A stretch of 64,000 nucleotides of DNA from Candidatus Zhuqueibacterota bacterium (GCA_022566355.1 JADFJB010000006.1:67-64066); one strand, 5' to 3'. Shown: positions 11,251 to 22,625, counted from the stretch's first letter. Notes: a model not told the origin generated them from the sequence alone. A program made the numbers and translations.

Positions 11251-12156
11251 ATGTGTTACAAAATTTTATGTATCGGTGAAATTCTCTTTGATATCTATCC
11301 GGATACCAGGCATCTTGGCGGCGCCCCTTTTAATTTTTCATATCACATGCATCAATTGAGGAATGAAGTTGCATTTGTCAGCAGAATAGGAGACGATGAG
11401 AATGGCAAAGAAATTCTCAGGATCCTGAAAGAATGCGATTATCCGATTGGTTTCATTCAAATAGATAAAGACCATCCTACCGGCAATGTGATGGTTGAGC
11501 TGGATGCAAAAGCAGTCCCGACGTTTACAATTACTCCCAATGTGGCATACGATTTTATTGAATATGATGATGGCGTTCAAAAACTTCTCGACAATGTTGA
11601 CCTGTTCTATTTTGGAACCCTGGCGTTAAGATGTCCGGTTTCCCAAAAGACGATTCAAAATATTTTAAATAATCGTTTACCAACGACAAAAGTCTTTTAT
11701 GATATCAATCTTAGGCAAAATTTTTATACCGAGACAATCCTTCGTGAATCACTACAGCAGAGCGACATAGTAAAACTCAATAATAATGAATTCAAATTTC
11801 TGAAAGAATTATTGAATCTTTCACATTCTGAAGTTGAGGCAGCTAACTCTATTTTACAAAAATTTGAACTATCAGTCTTATGCATCACGAAGGGTGAAAA
11901 AGGCAATGTTCTTTATACTGAAGATGAAAAACTGGATTTAAAACTGTCAGCTGCATACCAGAAAAATAGTATCGATACTGTTGGCGCCGGAGATGCTTTT
12001 GCGGCCATCCTGGCTTTTGGTATTTTAAAAAAGTGGGATTTTTCTACAATCCTGAAAAGAGCAACTGATTTCGCCGTAGATATTTGTGAGATTCCCGGAG
12101 CCATTCCAAGAGATTCCGAATTTTATCAAAAATATAAAGATGAATGGAACCTTTAA
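11251..12156 (+). CDS. PfkB-family carbohydrate kinase (fructokinase-like)
   Basis: Ribokinase-family signatures: N-terminal GEILFD...GGAPFN and C-terminal GAGDAFAAILAFGI. Confidence 0.8.
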   Translation: MCYKILCIGEILFDIYPDTRHLGGAPFNFSYHMHQLRNEVAFVSRIGDDENGKEILRILKECDYPIGFIQIDKDHPTGNVMVELDAKAVPTFTITPNVAYDFIEYDDGVQKLLDNVDLFYFGTLALRCPVSQKTIQNILNNRLPTTKVFYDINLRQNFYTETILRESLQQSDIVKLNNNEFKFLKELLNLSHSEVEAANSILQKFELSVLCITKGEKGNVLYTEDEKLDLKLSAAYQKNSIDTVGAGDAFAAILAFGILKKWDFSTILKRATDFAVDICEIPGAIPRDSEFYQKYKDEWNL

Positions 12157-12238
12157 CAGAACTCCGACATCTCACTTCTGTTTACCTATCTAAGATTTGA
12201 TCTTTAATTTAATTTATTTCACACTTTGAATTCAGGTG

Positions 12239-12991
12239 CTATCTGTGATGCCGCCTGCTTCGCCGTTTATCATGCCGTTCTACTTTACCTTTAACGTTCC
12301 TGATACTAACTCCGCCGGAACCGTCATCACCGATAACCACATTGCGTTCAACCCCATTGATAGTAATTGAACCCGATCCGTCTTCCACGTAGACACTTCC
12401 CAGTATATCCCTAACCAAAATGCTGCCTGAATTGTCGTCAATTTCAACGTCACCTTCAATGTCTCTAATCTCTAACCTTCCCGAACCATCATTTACATCC
12501 ACATCACCTATGATTTTTTCAATGGTCAATGAACCGGATCCGTCATGAATATTAATATTCCCTTTTAGATTTTCGATCTCGGTGTAGCCGGAACCATCCT
12601 CTATGACCAGGTTCATTTCGTATGGTATTCTAACAATTAGATTAACCAGCGCTGATTTTCGCCTGCCGAAAAAAGAACGGGATCTACGTGAATGATGAAA
12701 GGTACTGATCAGGACGACTCGTTTGCCTTCACGTTCTAATGAGAGTTCTAAATTATCCTCTAGAAATTCATCAATATCTTTTTTGCGAATACCCTTGACG
12801 ACAATCTCAGCTTCAACTTCTATCTTCTTTAAACCCTCGACTCCCCTAATCTTAAGAAATCCCGCTCCGGCTTCAATTTCTAATTCTTTAATGCCGTTTG
12901 CGGATAATTCCAGATCCCTGGTTTCCCGCTGTGCAAAAGAAACGCTTGAACAAACGAGAATTAACACAGTCAAATAGATGAACTTTTTCAT
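12239..12991 (-). CDS. DUF4097-family secreted protein with repeated DGSGSxxI beta-helix units
   Basis: Signal peptide MKKFIYLTVLILVCSSVSFAQ. Five tandem units of type DGSGSLTIE / DGSGRLEIR / DNSGSILVR / DGSGSITIN / DGSGGVSIR. Confidence 0.6.
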   Translation of the reverse strand: MKKFIYLTVLILVCSSVSFAQRETRDLELSANGIKELEIEAGAGFLKIRGVEGLKKIEVEAEIVVKGIRKKDIDEFLEDNLELSLEREGKRVVLISTFHHSRRSRSFFGRRKSALVNLIVRIPYEMNLVIEDGSGYTEIENLKGNINIHDGSGSLTIEKIIGDVDVNDGSGRLEIRDIEGDVEIDDNSGSILVRDILGSVYVEDGSGSITINGVERNVVIGDDGSGGVSIRNVKGKVERHDKRRSRRHHR

Positions 12992-13324
12992 ATTTTACTC
13001 CTGGAAATTTTACAAGTTGATTAGCATTAATATGTTTGGCTACGTTGTAAAGTTGAAAATGGTTTCATTCTTATCCACTTGCATCAAAAATCTTAAAATC
13101 ATACATTAACCTGGATAATTCATAGCCATCAAGACTCAAAGACACAAAGCTTTAAAAAATAAAGGTTAAGAAAGATTGATTTTTTATATTGACATAAAAT
13201 TGGTTCATAGTAATTTTCTTTATAACTTTAATATTCTTAGTGACTTAGAGTTTTTGTGGCAAAAATTCATGAATAGTGCAGGTTAATAGATATTGTTGTT
13301 ATATAATCAAAATTGGGAGTTGTT

Positions 13325-14317
13325 ATGAGACGTTCTCGCATCATTGGGGTTGGCAGATATTTACCGCCCAGGGTTGTTACCAACCAGGAATTAGAACAAT
13401 ATATGGACACAAGTGACGAATGGATACGAGAGCGTTCGGGCATCGAGGAAAGACATTGGGTCGATGCGGAAACCACGACTTCCGATCTTGCCTACCAGGC
13501 TTCAATAGCTGCGCTGGACAATGCAAACATAAACGCCGAAGAAATCGATTTTATCATTCTTGGTTGTTTAATGTCTGATTTTTTCTTCCCGGGCGCCGGG
13601 GTTATGCTTCAAAATAAATTGGGTTTGAAACACATCGGTGCACTGGATGTTAGAAACCAGTGTTCCGGTTTTATCTATAGCCTCTCAATAGCCGACCAGT
13701 TTATTCGCACTGGAATGTATAATCGTATCCTGGTGGTTGGCGCAGAAATACATTCAAAAGGAATGGATCTCAGCACTAGAGGGAGGGATCTTTCGGTACT
13801 TTTTGGCGACGGCGCCGGCGCTGTTATCATGGAAGCAACAGATGAAGATCGCGGTGTACTTTCCACTCATCTTCATTCTGATGGCTCGCAAGCAGAGCAC
13901 TTGTGTTTAAAAAGGCCGGGTACGGCAACGGCACGATTTATTTCGGAAGAGACCTATACATCCGGTGAATATTTTCCTTACATGAATGGCAGGGAAGTAT
14001 TCAAAAATGCCGTAGTCCGTTTTAACGAGGTAATCAACGAGGCATTAATCGCGAACAATATTCAGCCTGAGGACATCAAGCTGGTAATTCCCCACCAGGC
14101 CAATAAACGCATTTCCGAAGCTGTCGCGCATCGGCTCAAGCTGCCGAAAGGGACGGTGTTCAGCAACATCGAAAAATACGGCAATACAACCGCCGCCTCA
14201 ATTCCAATTGCCCTGAGTGAGGCCCTAGAGCAGGGATTGATTCAAAACAACGATCTTATTATTCTGGCTGCTTTCGGTTCCGGTTTTACCTGGGCGTCGG
14301 CTGCTATAAAGTGGTAA
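13325..14317 (+). CDS. fabH: 3-oxoacyl-ACP synthase III
   Basis: MRRSRIIGVGRYLPPRVVTNQELEQ; active-site C in NQCSGFIYSL; HQANKRI; GNTTAASIP; 330 aa. ATG at 13325 with GGGAG RBS (the ORF track's upstream TTG is less likely). Confidence 0.9.
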   Translation: MRRSRIIGVGRYLPPRVVTNQELEQYMDTSDEWIRERSGIEERHWVDAETTTSDLAYQASIAALDNANINAEEIDFIILGCLMSDFFFPGAGVMLQNKLGLKHIGALDVRNQCSGFIYSLSIADQFIRTGMYNRILVVGAEIHSKGMDLSTRGRDLSVLFGDGAGAVIMEATDEDRGVLSTHLHSDGSQAEHLCLKRPGTATARFISEETYTSGEYFPYMNGREVFKNAVVRFNEVINEALIANNIQPEDIKLVIPHQANKRISEAVAHRLKLPKGTVFSNIEKYGNTTAASIPIALSEALEQGLIQNNDLIILAAFGSGFTWASAAIKW

Positions 14318-14374
14318 AGATTTTTTATTTTGAAATTAGTTCTTACAGAAGTGGTAAATAAATCCAGGGGAATC

Positions 14375-15520
14375 ATGCGCAAATTCAACCTGCTTGTACT
14401 CTTTCTTGTTTTCATAAGTCTTACTGCAAATGCACAAGAGATTAGTAGTTCTATCGTTTGTCCCGGTGTTAAACATCATACTTACTATTTTGATGATCAA
14501 CCATGGACAATAAACCTTTTAGAAGTAGATTTGGCAAATTCCAATGTGGATATCGAAACCATAAAAGCCAGGGATTTGGTAGCAGGTTATGAAACTACCA
14601 GGCAAATGTCTGCCCGCAGAAGTTTCAATAAACATTGGATTGCCGGTGTGGTAAACGGCGACTTTTATCAAAAAGGCGGCACACCCATCAATACACAGGT
14701 GATCAACGGTAAAATTCTAAAATCTCCGAATAACCGTTCACTTTTTGGTATTTACTATGACAAGACGCCATTCATTGCAGTGCCATCCTATTCCGGAAAA
14801 ATTGTGCTCACAAAAGGGAATACTTATGCGATCCAGGGGATCAACCAAAATCGCGACTCGAATCAACTGGTTCTTTATAACAGCTTTTTCGGAGACTCAA
14901 CCGGCACCAATCGCTATGGAGCCGAGATCAGCTTTCGATTATTGGATGCATGGGCAGTGAATGAACCTTTCCGGGTGATTGTTTCCGAAATTGATTCCGT
15001 TAAGGGCAACGGCGAGATTAAAGTTAATGGCGGACTTCTATCAGGTCATGGTTGGGCTCGAGTTTGGCTTCTCATGGAAATGTCTTTGGGCGACACATTA
15101 AAGCTTATTCTTAAGCTTACAAAATCAGACAAAAAAATTAAGGAGGCGATTGGCGGATTACCCCGAATCATCCGTGATGGGTTAACCTCAATTGAGAAAG
15201 GGGGAAGATTTGCAGATGTTCGTCACCCCCGTACCGGTATTGGTTTCTCTGAAGATGGTTCAAAACTATTTCTATTTACAGTGGACGGCCGCCAGGAAAA
15301 CTACAGTAAAGGAATGACACTTTATGAAATGGCCGATTTTATGCGAAGTATTGGCGTGTACCAGGGGATTAACCTGGATGGCGGCGGATCCACCACTATG
15401 GTGGTTGCAAACAGAATTGTAAATCGACCCTCTGATGCTACGGGTGAAAGACCGGTTGCGAACGCATTGCTGGTTATTTCTAAGGAGCCATTAATAATAA
15501 GGGATAATCAGAATCGTTAA
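14375..15520 (+). CDS. Phosphodiester glycosidase family protein (DUF2233/NAGPA-like), secreted
   Basis: Signal peptide MRKFNLLVLFLVFISLTANAQ. C-terminal GINLDGGGSTTMV motif characteristic of the phosphodiester glycosidase family. Confidence 0.65.
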   Translation: MRKFNLLVLFLVFISLTANAQEISSSIVCPGVKHHTYYFDDQPWTINLLEVDLANSNVDIETIKARDLVAGYETTRQMSARRSFNKHWIAGVVNGDFYQKGGTPINTQVINGKILKSPNNRSLFGIYYDKTPFIAVPSYSGKIVLTKGNTYAIQGINQNRDSNQLVLYNSFFGDSTGTNRYGAEISFRLLDAWAVNEPFRVIVSEIDSVKGNGEIKVNGGLLSGHGWARVWLLMEMSLGDTLKLILKLTKSDKKIKEAIGGLPRIIRDGLTSIEKGGRFADVRHPRTGIGFSEDGSKLFLFTVDGRQENYSKGMTLYEMADFMRSIGVYQGINLDGGGSTTMVVANRIVNRPSDATGERPVANALLVISKEPLIIRDNQNR

Positions 15521-15716
15521 TTTATGAGCTTGGTTGATGCCATCGCTCCATGTAATGACATCAATTGTAGTGAGTATTTATCCCTATTATTCATAAAAAT
15601 TATTCATTTCATTTCCGATAATTGTTTCATTGACTTTAGAAATTTAATCACCTATCTTTAGACTTTCAATTTGAACAAACTATACATGATAATAAAAATA
15701 TTTTGGAGATATAATA

Positions 15717-16748
15717 ATGGATTTACAAGCTTTATCAAAAGAGGCACAGATAAGTTGGAAACAAATAACGTCTAAATATTCGAATCCGGATTGGCGTCGA
15801 AGCATGTGGCAAACCTTGAATTCACTGCTCCCCTATTTTATCCTATGGTATTTAATGTACCAAAGCCTGGCAGTCTCCTACTGGCTCACCATTGCCTTAG
15901 CCATACCTGCTGCAGGTTTTTTAACCCGTATTTTCATCATTTCTCATGATTGCGGTCATGGCGCATTTTTCAAATCTAAAAAGGCCAACTCAATACTTGG
16001 TTCATTTTGTTCGGTAATGATTTTTACACCTTACCATCGTTGGAGACATGAACATGCAATTCATCATGCATCCGCTGGTAATTTAGACGGACGCGGGCTT
16101 GGCGATATTTGGACTTTAACCGTAAAGGAATTCCAGGAGGCACCGCGTTGGACAAAATTTTACTACAGGTTCTACCGAAATCCGGTAGTCATGTTCACCA
16201 TAGGGCCTCTTTTTATATTTTTGATTAAATATCGATTTACACGCAGCACATCCAGTACGCGGGAACGTAATAGTAATAATAGAACCAATTTTGCACTTTT
16301 AGGTATTTTCATTCTAATTTCCCTAACGATTGGTATCAAAGCTTTTATTCTAATTCAGGCGCCAATTTTTATCTTTTCTTCGGCAACCGGTGTGTGGCTT
16401 TTTTATGTTCAACACCAATTCGAAGGTGTCTATTGGGAACGTAAGGAAAACTGGGATTATGTTACTGTCGCATTAGAGGGCAGCTCTTTTTACAAATTGC
16501 CTAAAATTCTGCAATGGTTCTCCGGCAACATCGGTTTTCACCATATCCATCATTTAAGCCCAAGAATTCCTAATTATTTCCTGGAGAAATGCCACAAGGA
16601 GAATTCAATCTTTCATAGCGTAAAGCAAATTACTTTATGGTCCAGTTTAAAATCCATAACCTATCGTCTTTGGGACGAAGAAAACCGGAAGATGGTTCAT
16701 TTCCGTTACCTTCGGAAAATTCAACCCTCTATGAATGCAGCCGGTTAA
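15717..16748 (+). CDS. Membrane fatty-acid desaturase
   Basis: Three histidine boxes: HDCGHGAF, HRWRHEHAIHHA, HHIHHL. Multiple transmembrane segments. Confidence 0.85.
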   Translation: MDLQALSKEAQISWKQITSKYSNPDWRRSMWQTLNSLLPYFILWYLMYQSLAVSYWLTIALAIPAAGFLTRIFIISHDCGHGAFFKSKKANSILGSFCSVMIFTPYHRWRHEHAIHHASAGNLDGRGLGDIWTLTVKEFQEAPRWTKFYYRFYRNPVVMFTIGPLFIFLIKYRFTRSTSSTRERNSNNRTNFALLGIFILISLTIGIKAFILIQAPIFIFSSATGVWLFYVQHQFEGVYWERKENWDYVTVALEGSSFYKLPKILQWFSGNIGFHHIHHLSPRIPNYFLEKCHKENSIFHSVKQITLWSSLKSITYRLWDEENRKMVHFRYLRKIQPSMNAAG

Positions 16749-17730
16749 ACTGGGTATAATTGGCTGTGGCATTGCAGCAAAGGAACTTCATTGGCCCGCC
16801 TTAAAAGAACTGAAAGACCAGTTCGAGATAACTCTCATTTGTAACCATACCGAGGGAAAAGCGAAAGCGTTTTCTCAATTAATAGGAAATGTCCCATATG
16901 TGTTGGACTATCGGGAACTGTTGCAAAGTCCTGATGTAGAGGCTGTAGATATAATCCTTCCCATCGATTTAAACTATAAAGTCACAAAAGAAGCTTTACA
17001 GGCAGGGAAGCATGTGATGGTCGAAAAACCATTGGCTGCAAATCTTAGCGAAGCAAAAGAAATGTTGTCGTTTGAAAGACAATTTACCCAGGTAAAAATG
17101 GTTGCTGAAAATTTTCGCTACCATCCCATTTTCTACAAAGTAAAATCTTACATTGATGATGGAAAAATTGGCGAACCCTATGGAGTGATTTGGGATATTT
17201 TTCATTTTATCGATGAAATCAAGAATAAATTTGCACAAACAAAATGGCGAATAGACCACAAGTACCCCGGTGGATTTATCACTGATGGCGGCATTCATAA
17301 TATTGCCGCTTTGCGTGTGCTTTTTGGTGATATTATTTCCGGCTCAGCTTTTACGAAATCGGTTAACCCTAAAATCGGGGAAATGGATACGTTCAGCTTT
17401 CAATTCTTAACTCCAGGTAATATCCACGGCGTTTTGAATATCTTCCTGAGTGTAAATGGATTTTCCCAGAACCAGCTTTATGTTTTAGGCAAGGAAGGCA
17501 CTATCCTTATTAAGGATCTAAGTGAAATCACACTGAAAACAGCGAAAGAAGAATTGTGTGAAAATGTAGAAGGCAGCCTTGGTTATAAGGAAGAATTTGA
17601 AGATTTTTATAAGGCCATCCGCACGGGAAAGAATGTAACCAGTTCTTTTGAACAAGCCTATCGAGATTTAGAGGTAATGATCAATGCCTTACAATCAGCA
17701 GAAAGATGGCCGGAGTTTGAGTTAAATTGA
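16735..17730 (+). CDS. Gfo/Idh/MocA-family NAD(P)-dependent oxidoreductase
   Basis: N-terminal KLGIIGCGIAAKELHWPAL Rossmann motif and the EKP motif (MVEKPLAANLSEAKEM). 14-nt overlap with the desaturase stop. Confidence 0.8.
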   Translation: MQPVKLGIIGCGIAAKELHWPALKELKDQFEITLICNHTEGKAKAFSQLIGNVPYVLDYRELLQSPDVEAVDIILPIDLNYKVTKEALQAGKHVMVEKPLAANLSEAKEMLSFERQFTQVKMVAENFRYHPIFYKVKSYIDDGKIGEPYGVIWDIFHFIDEIKNKFAQTKWRIDHKYPGGFITDGGIHNIAALRVLFGDIISGSAFTKSVNPKIGEMDTFSFQFLTPGNIHGVLNIFLSVNGFSQNQLYVLGKEGTILIKDLSEITLKTAKEELCENVEGSLGYKEEFEDFYKAIRTGKNVTSSFEQAYRDLEVMINALQSAERWPEFELN

Positions 17731-17905
17731 GTGTCATACATGATCATAAAAAAGACTCTATTTCTGTAATCTTCTTTTAAGGAATTTTCCCTTCGTTATC
17801 TTCCAATAGTACATTTAATCTCTTGCCTGCTATTTTCTAAGTCGTTACATTATTCTGTAAATTGAACGGTTCACCCATTCAATACTTTTAGAAGGAGATC
17901 AATAA

Positions 17906-19555
17906 ATGAACTTTTTTCTGCGCCTGGTTCTTACTTTAATCCTCTTTCCAACAATTCTTGCAGCAGATAACTATCCTCGCAACGAGCGTATCGATATACT
18001 TCATTACACTTTCAAAATTACTTTGGATGATCAAACAGATGAAATCATGGGTGAGACCACAATTGATGTGAGATTTCTGGCTGATGGAATAACCGAGCTT
18101 GGTCTCGATCTGATAGGAAAGGCATCTGAGCAAACCGGCATGCATGTTGGTTCAGTCTTTCGAAATGAAAAATCTATAGCATTCAGCCACACAAACAATA
18201 GAATTGTTATCAAATTGATGTCACCCTCACAAGCCGGAGAACACCGGTCGTACAGTATCTCGTACCGCGGCATCCCCGCAGATGGTTTGATCATCTCACA
18301 AAACAAATACAACGAAAGAACATTCTTTGGCGATAATTGGCCGGATCGTGCTCGTCATTGGCTGCCAACCGTAGATCATCCCTCTGACAAAGCTACTTGC
18401 GATTTTATCATCATTGCCCCGAATCATTACCAGGTTATTGGCAATGGCTCCCTGCGAGAAGAGACGGATTTGGACGATCATACTCGACTTACACACTGGC
18501 ATGAAGCAGTGCCCATTCCAACCAAAGTGATGGTGATCGGTGTGGCCAGGTTTGCGGTTGAGACTGTATTTACTTATGAAGGTATCCCGATCCAAAGTTG
18601 GGTTTATCCCCAGGATCGTGAACCCGGTTTTTATGATTATGCACAGGCAATCCGGGTGATCCAATTCTTTTCAAGCCATATTGGTCCCTACCCTTATGAA
18701 AAGCTGGCAAATGTTCAATCCAAAACCCGCTACGGTGGTATGGAAAACGCCGGTAATATTTTCTATAGCGAAAGGAGTGTGACTGGAAAACGCCGGAGTG
18801 AATCACTTATCGCCCATGAAGTCGCCCATCAATGGTTTGGCGATTCCGTTACTGAAGCGGATTGGCACCACATCTGGTTGAGTGAAGGATTCGCGACCTA
18901 TTTTACCCAGCTTTATATGGAATTTACTTATGGTCGCGATAAAATGATCGGATCCGAAACCGGGGAAAGACGCAGCATGAAAGGCTCACGGCAACGAGTC
19001 ATTCAATATTTTAACGAAAATCCTGCCAGTCCAATTGTTGACACAACCATTACTGATCTCAACCTACTGCTTAATGCAAATTCCTACCAAAAGGGCGGTT
19101 GGGTACTCCACATGCTCAGGCACGTCGTTGGCGATGAAGCATTCTGGCAGGGGATCCGGGAATTCTATAAACAATTTCGGGATAGCAATGCATTGACGGA
19201 AGATTTTCAGCAAAAAATGGAAGAGGCATCCGGAAAAGAACTGTCCTGGTTTTTCCGGCAGTGGATTTACCAGCCCGGGCATCCAAAATTCGAAGGCTCG
19301 TGGAAGTTTGATGAAAACAAAAAAGAGCTGGTCGTTAAATTGAATCAAATTCAGGAAACCGGGGTTTTGTTTTCCATGCCCGTGGATCTTGGCATATACA
19401 CTGAGGATGAAGGTGTTCCTCGCATTGAAGTGCTAAAGATTAATCAAAAAAAACATGATTTTACTTTTCCAGTTGACAAGAAGCCAAAGAAAGTTAAATT
19501 GGATCCCAACACCTGGTTGTTAATGGAAGCGGATTTCAAGGAAAAATTGAACTAA
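17906..19555 (+). CDS. M1-family zinc aminopeptidase (secreted)
   Basis: HEVAHQWFGD (HEXXH), downstream WLSEGFATY, and GGMEN (GAMEN-like) motif. Signal peptide. AAGGAGA RBS. Confidence 0.85.
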   Translation: MNFFLRLVLTLILFPTILAADNYPRNERIDILHYTFKITLDDQTDEIMGETTIDVRFLADGITELGLDLIGKASEQTGMHVGSVFRNEKSIAFSHTNNRIVIKLMSPSQAGEHRSYSISYRGIPADGLIISQNKYNERTFFGDNWPDRARHWLPTVDHPSDKATCDFIIIAPNHYQVIGNGSLREETDLDDHTRLTHWHEAVPIPTKVMVIGVARFAVETVFTYEGIPIQSWVYPQDREPGFYDYAQAIRVIQFFSSHIGPYPYEKLANVQSKTRYGGMENAGNIFYSERSVTGKRRSESLIAHEVAHQWFGDSVTEADWHHIWLSEGFATYFTQLYMEFTYGRDKMIGSETGERRSMKGSRQRVIQYFNENPASPIVDTTITDLNLLLNANSYQKGGWVLHMLRHVVGDEAFWQGIREFYKQFRDSNALTEDFQQKMEEASGKELSWFFRQWIYQPGHPKFEGSWKFDENKKELVVKLNQIQETGVLFSMPVDLGIYTEDEGVPRIEVLKINQKKHDFTFPVDKKPKKVKLDPNTWLLMEADFKEKLN

Positions 19556-19743
19556 TGAGTTGTTAAAATATGCTGAACTGGTGTGGAAATAGTGATCGCA
19601 AAATAACCAATTTTCAAATAAATTACAATGACTAATACTCAATATCCAATCTGTAGTTTCTTGTTTGAATATTTGTTTTTGGAATTTGACAATTATTTAT
19701 ATTTTGAGAATTGTCTATTGGAATTTAAAAAAAAGAGGTCTGA

Positions 19744-21096
19744 ATGAACACAGAAAACAATACAACTACCCCTCAGCAACCGACACTACGCCGGACATTA
19801 GGCCTTTTAGAAGGTGTCACCATCCTCATCGGTATTACGATTGGAGCCGGTATCTTCTCCACTCCCCAAATTATCGCAGGCTACCTGGATTCATTCTACT
19901 CGATCATCGGGTTATGGATTTTGGTTGGCGCTTTTGTGTTTATCGGGGGATTAATATATGGGGAGCTCGGAAGTCGATTACCCAATACCGGCGGCGAGTA
20001 TGTCTATATTAGTAACTGTTTTGGGCCTTTTGCCGGCTTCATGTTTGGATGGGCGCAGCTCTTCATTATTCGCACCAGCCCCGCTGCTGGTTTAGCCATT
20101 ATAACTGTAAACTACTTTGAACATTTTGTCGAACTAAGTTCTTTTGCTCATATGGTAGCAGCAATATTTGTCATTTTTATTTTCGGCGTGGTCAATTATA
20201 TTGGAATTAAACGGGCAAGCATTTATCAAAACATATCAACGATATTAAAAGTCGGGGGGCTCGGTTTTCTTGTAGCTTTAGGACTTATTCTGGTTGGAGG
20301 TCACGAAAACCTATTGAGTACAAAAGCTCCACCTACCGGTACATTAGGACCCACGGGTAACATGGTGGCAGCCCTTATGCTGGTCGTTTTTTCATATGTC
20401 GGATGGGATCGTGTGGGCTATTCGGCGGGCGAGATGAAAAATCCAAAAAGAGTCATCCCCCTCAGTATGTTCATAGGAATGGGGTTGATTATTTTGATTT
20501 ATGTTCTAGCTAATTTGCTTTATTACAGAACCTTAGGAATTGAAGGTATGCGCGGTAGTACGATCGTGGCTTCTGAAACCGCAACACAATTAATGGGTCC
20601 AATTGGAGCCGGATTTATCGCCATCATTGTAATGATCTCAACAACCGGCAGTATCAACGGAACAATGATGACTGCCCCGCGGGTTTATTACGCCATGGCA
20701 AAAGACGGTTTATTTTTCAAATGGCTTAATTATATTCATCCTAAATTTCGCACCCCCTCTCGGGCCATCATTGCCCACTGCATTTGGGGTACTGTAATTC
20801 TGATCGTTAGAGGTTCGTTTGAAAACATTGTAGCCGGAATGGTATTTGCCATTTTGATATTCTACATCTTTACTACCTTTGCATTATTCAAGTTGCGAAA
20901 AAATGAAGTTGGGGGTACAGATGTTTTTAAAATGCCTTTCTACCCGATTCTTCCAGTGATTTATCTGGTTGGAATTATTAGTCTACTTGTTTCACGCGCC
21001 ATTTTTGAATGGCAGAAATCATTGGTTGATATTGCCTTTATTGCTTCTGGTCTGCCATTCTCGATTTTTTGGTTGCGGAAGAAAAAGAAGGGTTGA
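19744..21096 (+). CDS. APC-superfamily amino acid permease
   Basis: 12-TM profile; N-terminal LGLLEGVTILIGITIGAGIFSTPQ signature of the APC family. Confidence 0.8.
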   Translation: MNTENNTTTPQQPTLRRTLGLLEGVTILIGITIGAGIFSTPQIIAGYLDSFYSIIGLWILVGAFVFIGGLIYGELGSRLPNTGGEYVYISNCFGPFAGFMFGWAQLFIIRTSPAAGLAIITVNYFEHFVELSSFAHMVAAIFVIFIFGVVNYIGIKRASIYQNISTILKVGGLGFLVALGLILVGGHENLLSTKAPPTGTLGPTGNMVAALMLVVFSYVGWDRVGYSAGEMKNPKRVIPLSMFIGMGLIILIYVLANLLYYRTLGIEGMRGSTIVASETATQLMGPIGAGFIAIIVMISTTGSINGTMMTAPRVYYAMAKDGLFFKWLNYIHPKFRTPSRAIIAHCIWGTVILIVRGSFENIVAGMVFAILIFYIFTTFALFKLRKNEVGGTDVFKMPFYPILPVIYLVGIISLLVSRAIFEWQKSLVDIAFIASGLPFSIFWLRKKKKG

Positions 21097-21215
21097 TAGG
21101 TTTGATTTCGTCAAATAACTTCAAATTAAAAACCAAAACATTCTAATGGAAGTAATGAATAATAATTCATACACTGTAACTTATTTATAAATGATCAAGA
21201 TAAAAGGAGTTAAAG

Positions 21216-21500
21216 ATGAATATTTTCGTGGGAAATTTAGCACAAGAAGTAACCGAAGAAGATTTAAAAGAAGCCTTTGCCGCTTTCGGGCAAGTTACAT
21301 CTACAACCGTAATTAAAGATATTTTCACCAGGGTATCCAAAGGATTCGGATTTGTGGAAATGCAGGGCAAGGCTGAAGCCCAATCTGCAATTGAAGGCCT
21401 AAACGGCAAAGATTTGAAGGGAAAAAATCTGAATGTGAATGAAGCTCGTCCTCGCAAAGAGCGTGGCAGGGGAGGCAAGCGAGGTGGTGGACGGCGCTAA
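21216..21500 (+). CDS. RRM-domain RNA-binding protein with RGG tail
   Basis: RNP2 (NIFVGNL) and RNP1 (KGFGFVEM) motifs. C-terminal RGRGGKRGGGRR. Confidence 0.85.
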   Translation: MNIFVGNLAQEVTEEDLKEAFAAFGQVTSTTVIKDIFTRVSKGFGFVEMQGKAEAQSAIEGLNGKDLKGKNLNVNEARPRKERGRGGKRGGGRR

Positions 21501-21525
21501 CCGACCGGTTTAACAGGATGCGATA

Positions 21526-21894
21526 ATGTCTGAAACCGTTACCTTACGAGATGATTCGGGAATTATTGAAATCTACTCTTTTGGTAAACCAACCGAAAAA
21601 GACAAACTCCGGACACAAATTACTGTTGAGCAGATCTGCCAAGAGAAGGATGTGTCCGGTGTTCTTGTTGATGCCAGTAAATCAACTTCCGTTCCGACTA
21701 TTTTTGCCAATTTAGATTATGGAGCAAATTTATTCCGGTATAATGCCATACCCAGAACTGTTCGATATGCGATAGTCCCCTCTGAAACAATAAAAGAAGA
21801 CTGCGGATATTATGTAACGGTTTGCCAAAAACGGGGATTATTCATACGGCTTTTTGATTCTGTTGGGGAGGCTGAGGAGTGGTTGGTGAGTTAG
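21526..21894 (+). CDS. Hypothetical protein (possible STAS/SpoIIAA-like fold)
   Basis: 122-aa ORF immediately after the RRM gene. No confident motif. Confidence 0.4.
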   Translation: MSETVTLRDDSGIIEIYSFGKPTEKDKLRTQITVEQICQEKDVSGVLVDASKSTSVPTIFANLDYGANLFRYNAIPRTVRYAIVPSETIKEDCGYYVTVCQKRGLFIRLFDSVGEAEEWLVS

Positions 21895-22379
21895 CTGATT
21901 TCAGAAAATTAAAATAAGTTGCAACTAATTATAATTCTATCACAACTAATTTATTAATTTTTGACAATATACAAACAAACATTTGACATTGATTAAATAA
22001 ATGCTTTTTTTATGAGAAATTAGAAAAGGGTAATCACATTACGAGGTATTATAATTAAATTCCAAAATCCATTTTCTATAAAAAGTTTTTTTGATTTTAG
22101 TAAAACCCTCTATGAAAAACTAGATCAATTACAAATATTATGAATAAAATTTAGAAAATATCTTTACTTATTATCTTGTTTATTTTAATTGCACTTATAA
22201 TATTTGACGATCTCGTAAAAAGTCGCCTTTGTTTTAAAGTATTGATAAATAGTTAGTTAACAGCATTTAGTTCTTGCATTTAATCGTCCAAATACTTACC
22301 TTATCTCATTGATATTAAATAACATAAGGCAAAAAGGTGATAAAGGTCAAAAATCGCAACAACTTGTATCTCAAAGGCA

Positions 22380-22625
22380 TGTTGGAATGAATATGGACCG
22401 AATCGAGGCGCTGGAGACTGGTATCAACCTTATAGACTTCCTTAAGTCTATCTGTTGCATTTGCCTTTTTTATTATGCTTGATTTTCTCTGGAGCATAGC
22501 CTTGGGGACAACGTTTGACTTCATGTGTTTGCTGGTCAAATTCGAAATCAACTAAATTGTGTTTTGCTTTTTACCCGGGGTTGGAGCGATTAACTCAACC
22601 TTGTGTTCTTTGGCTTTTTCCTTGT
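22380..22625 (-). pseudogene. Transposase remnant (IS1182/IS5-like C-terminal fragment)
   Basis: Minus-strand translation contains VDFEFDQQTHEVKRCPKGYAPEKIKHNKKGKCNR (Cys-Pro-x-G zinc-finger-like transposase C-terminal motif), interrupted by stops. Confidence 0.35.
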
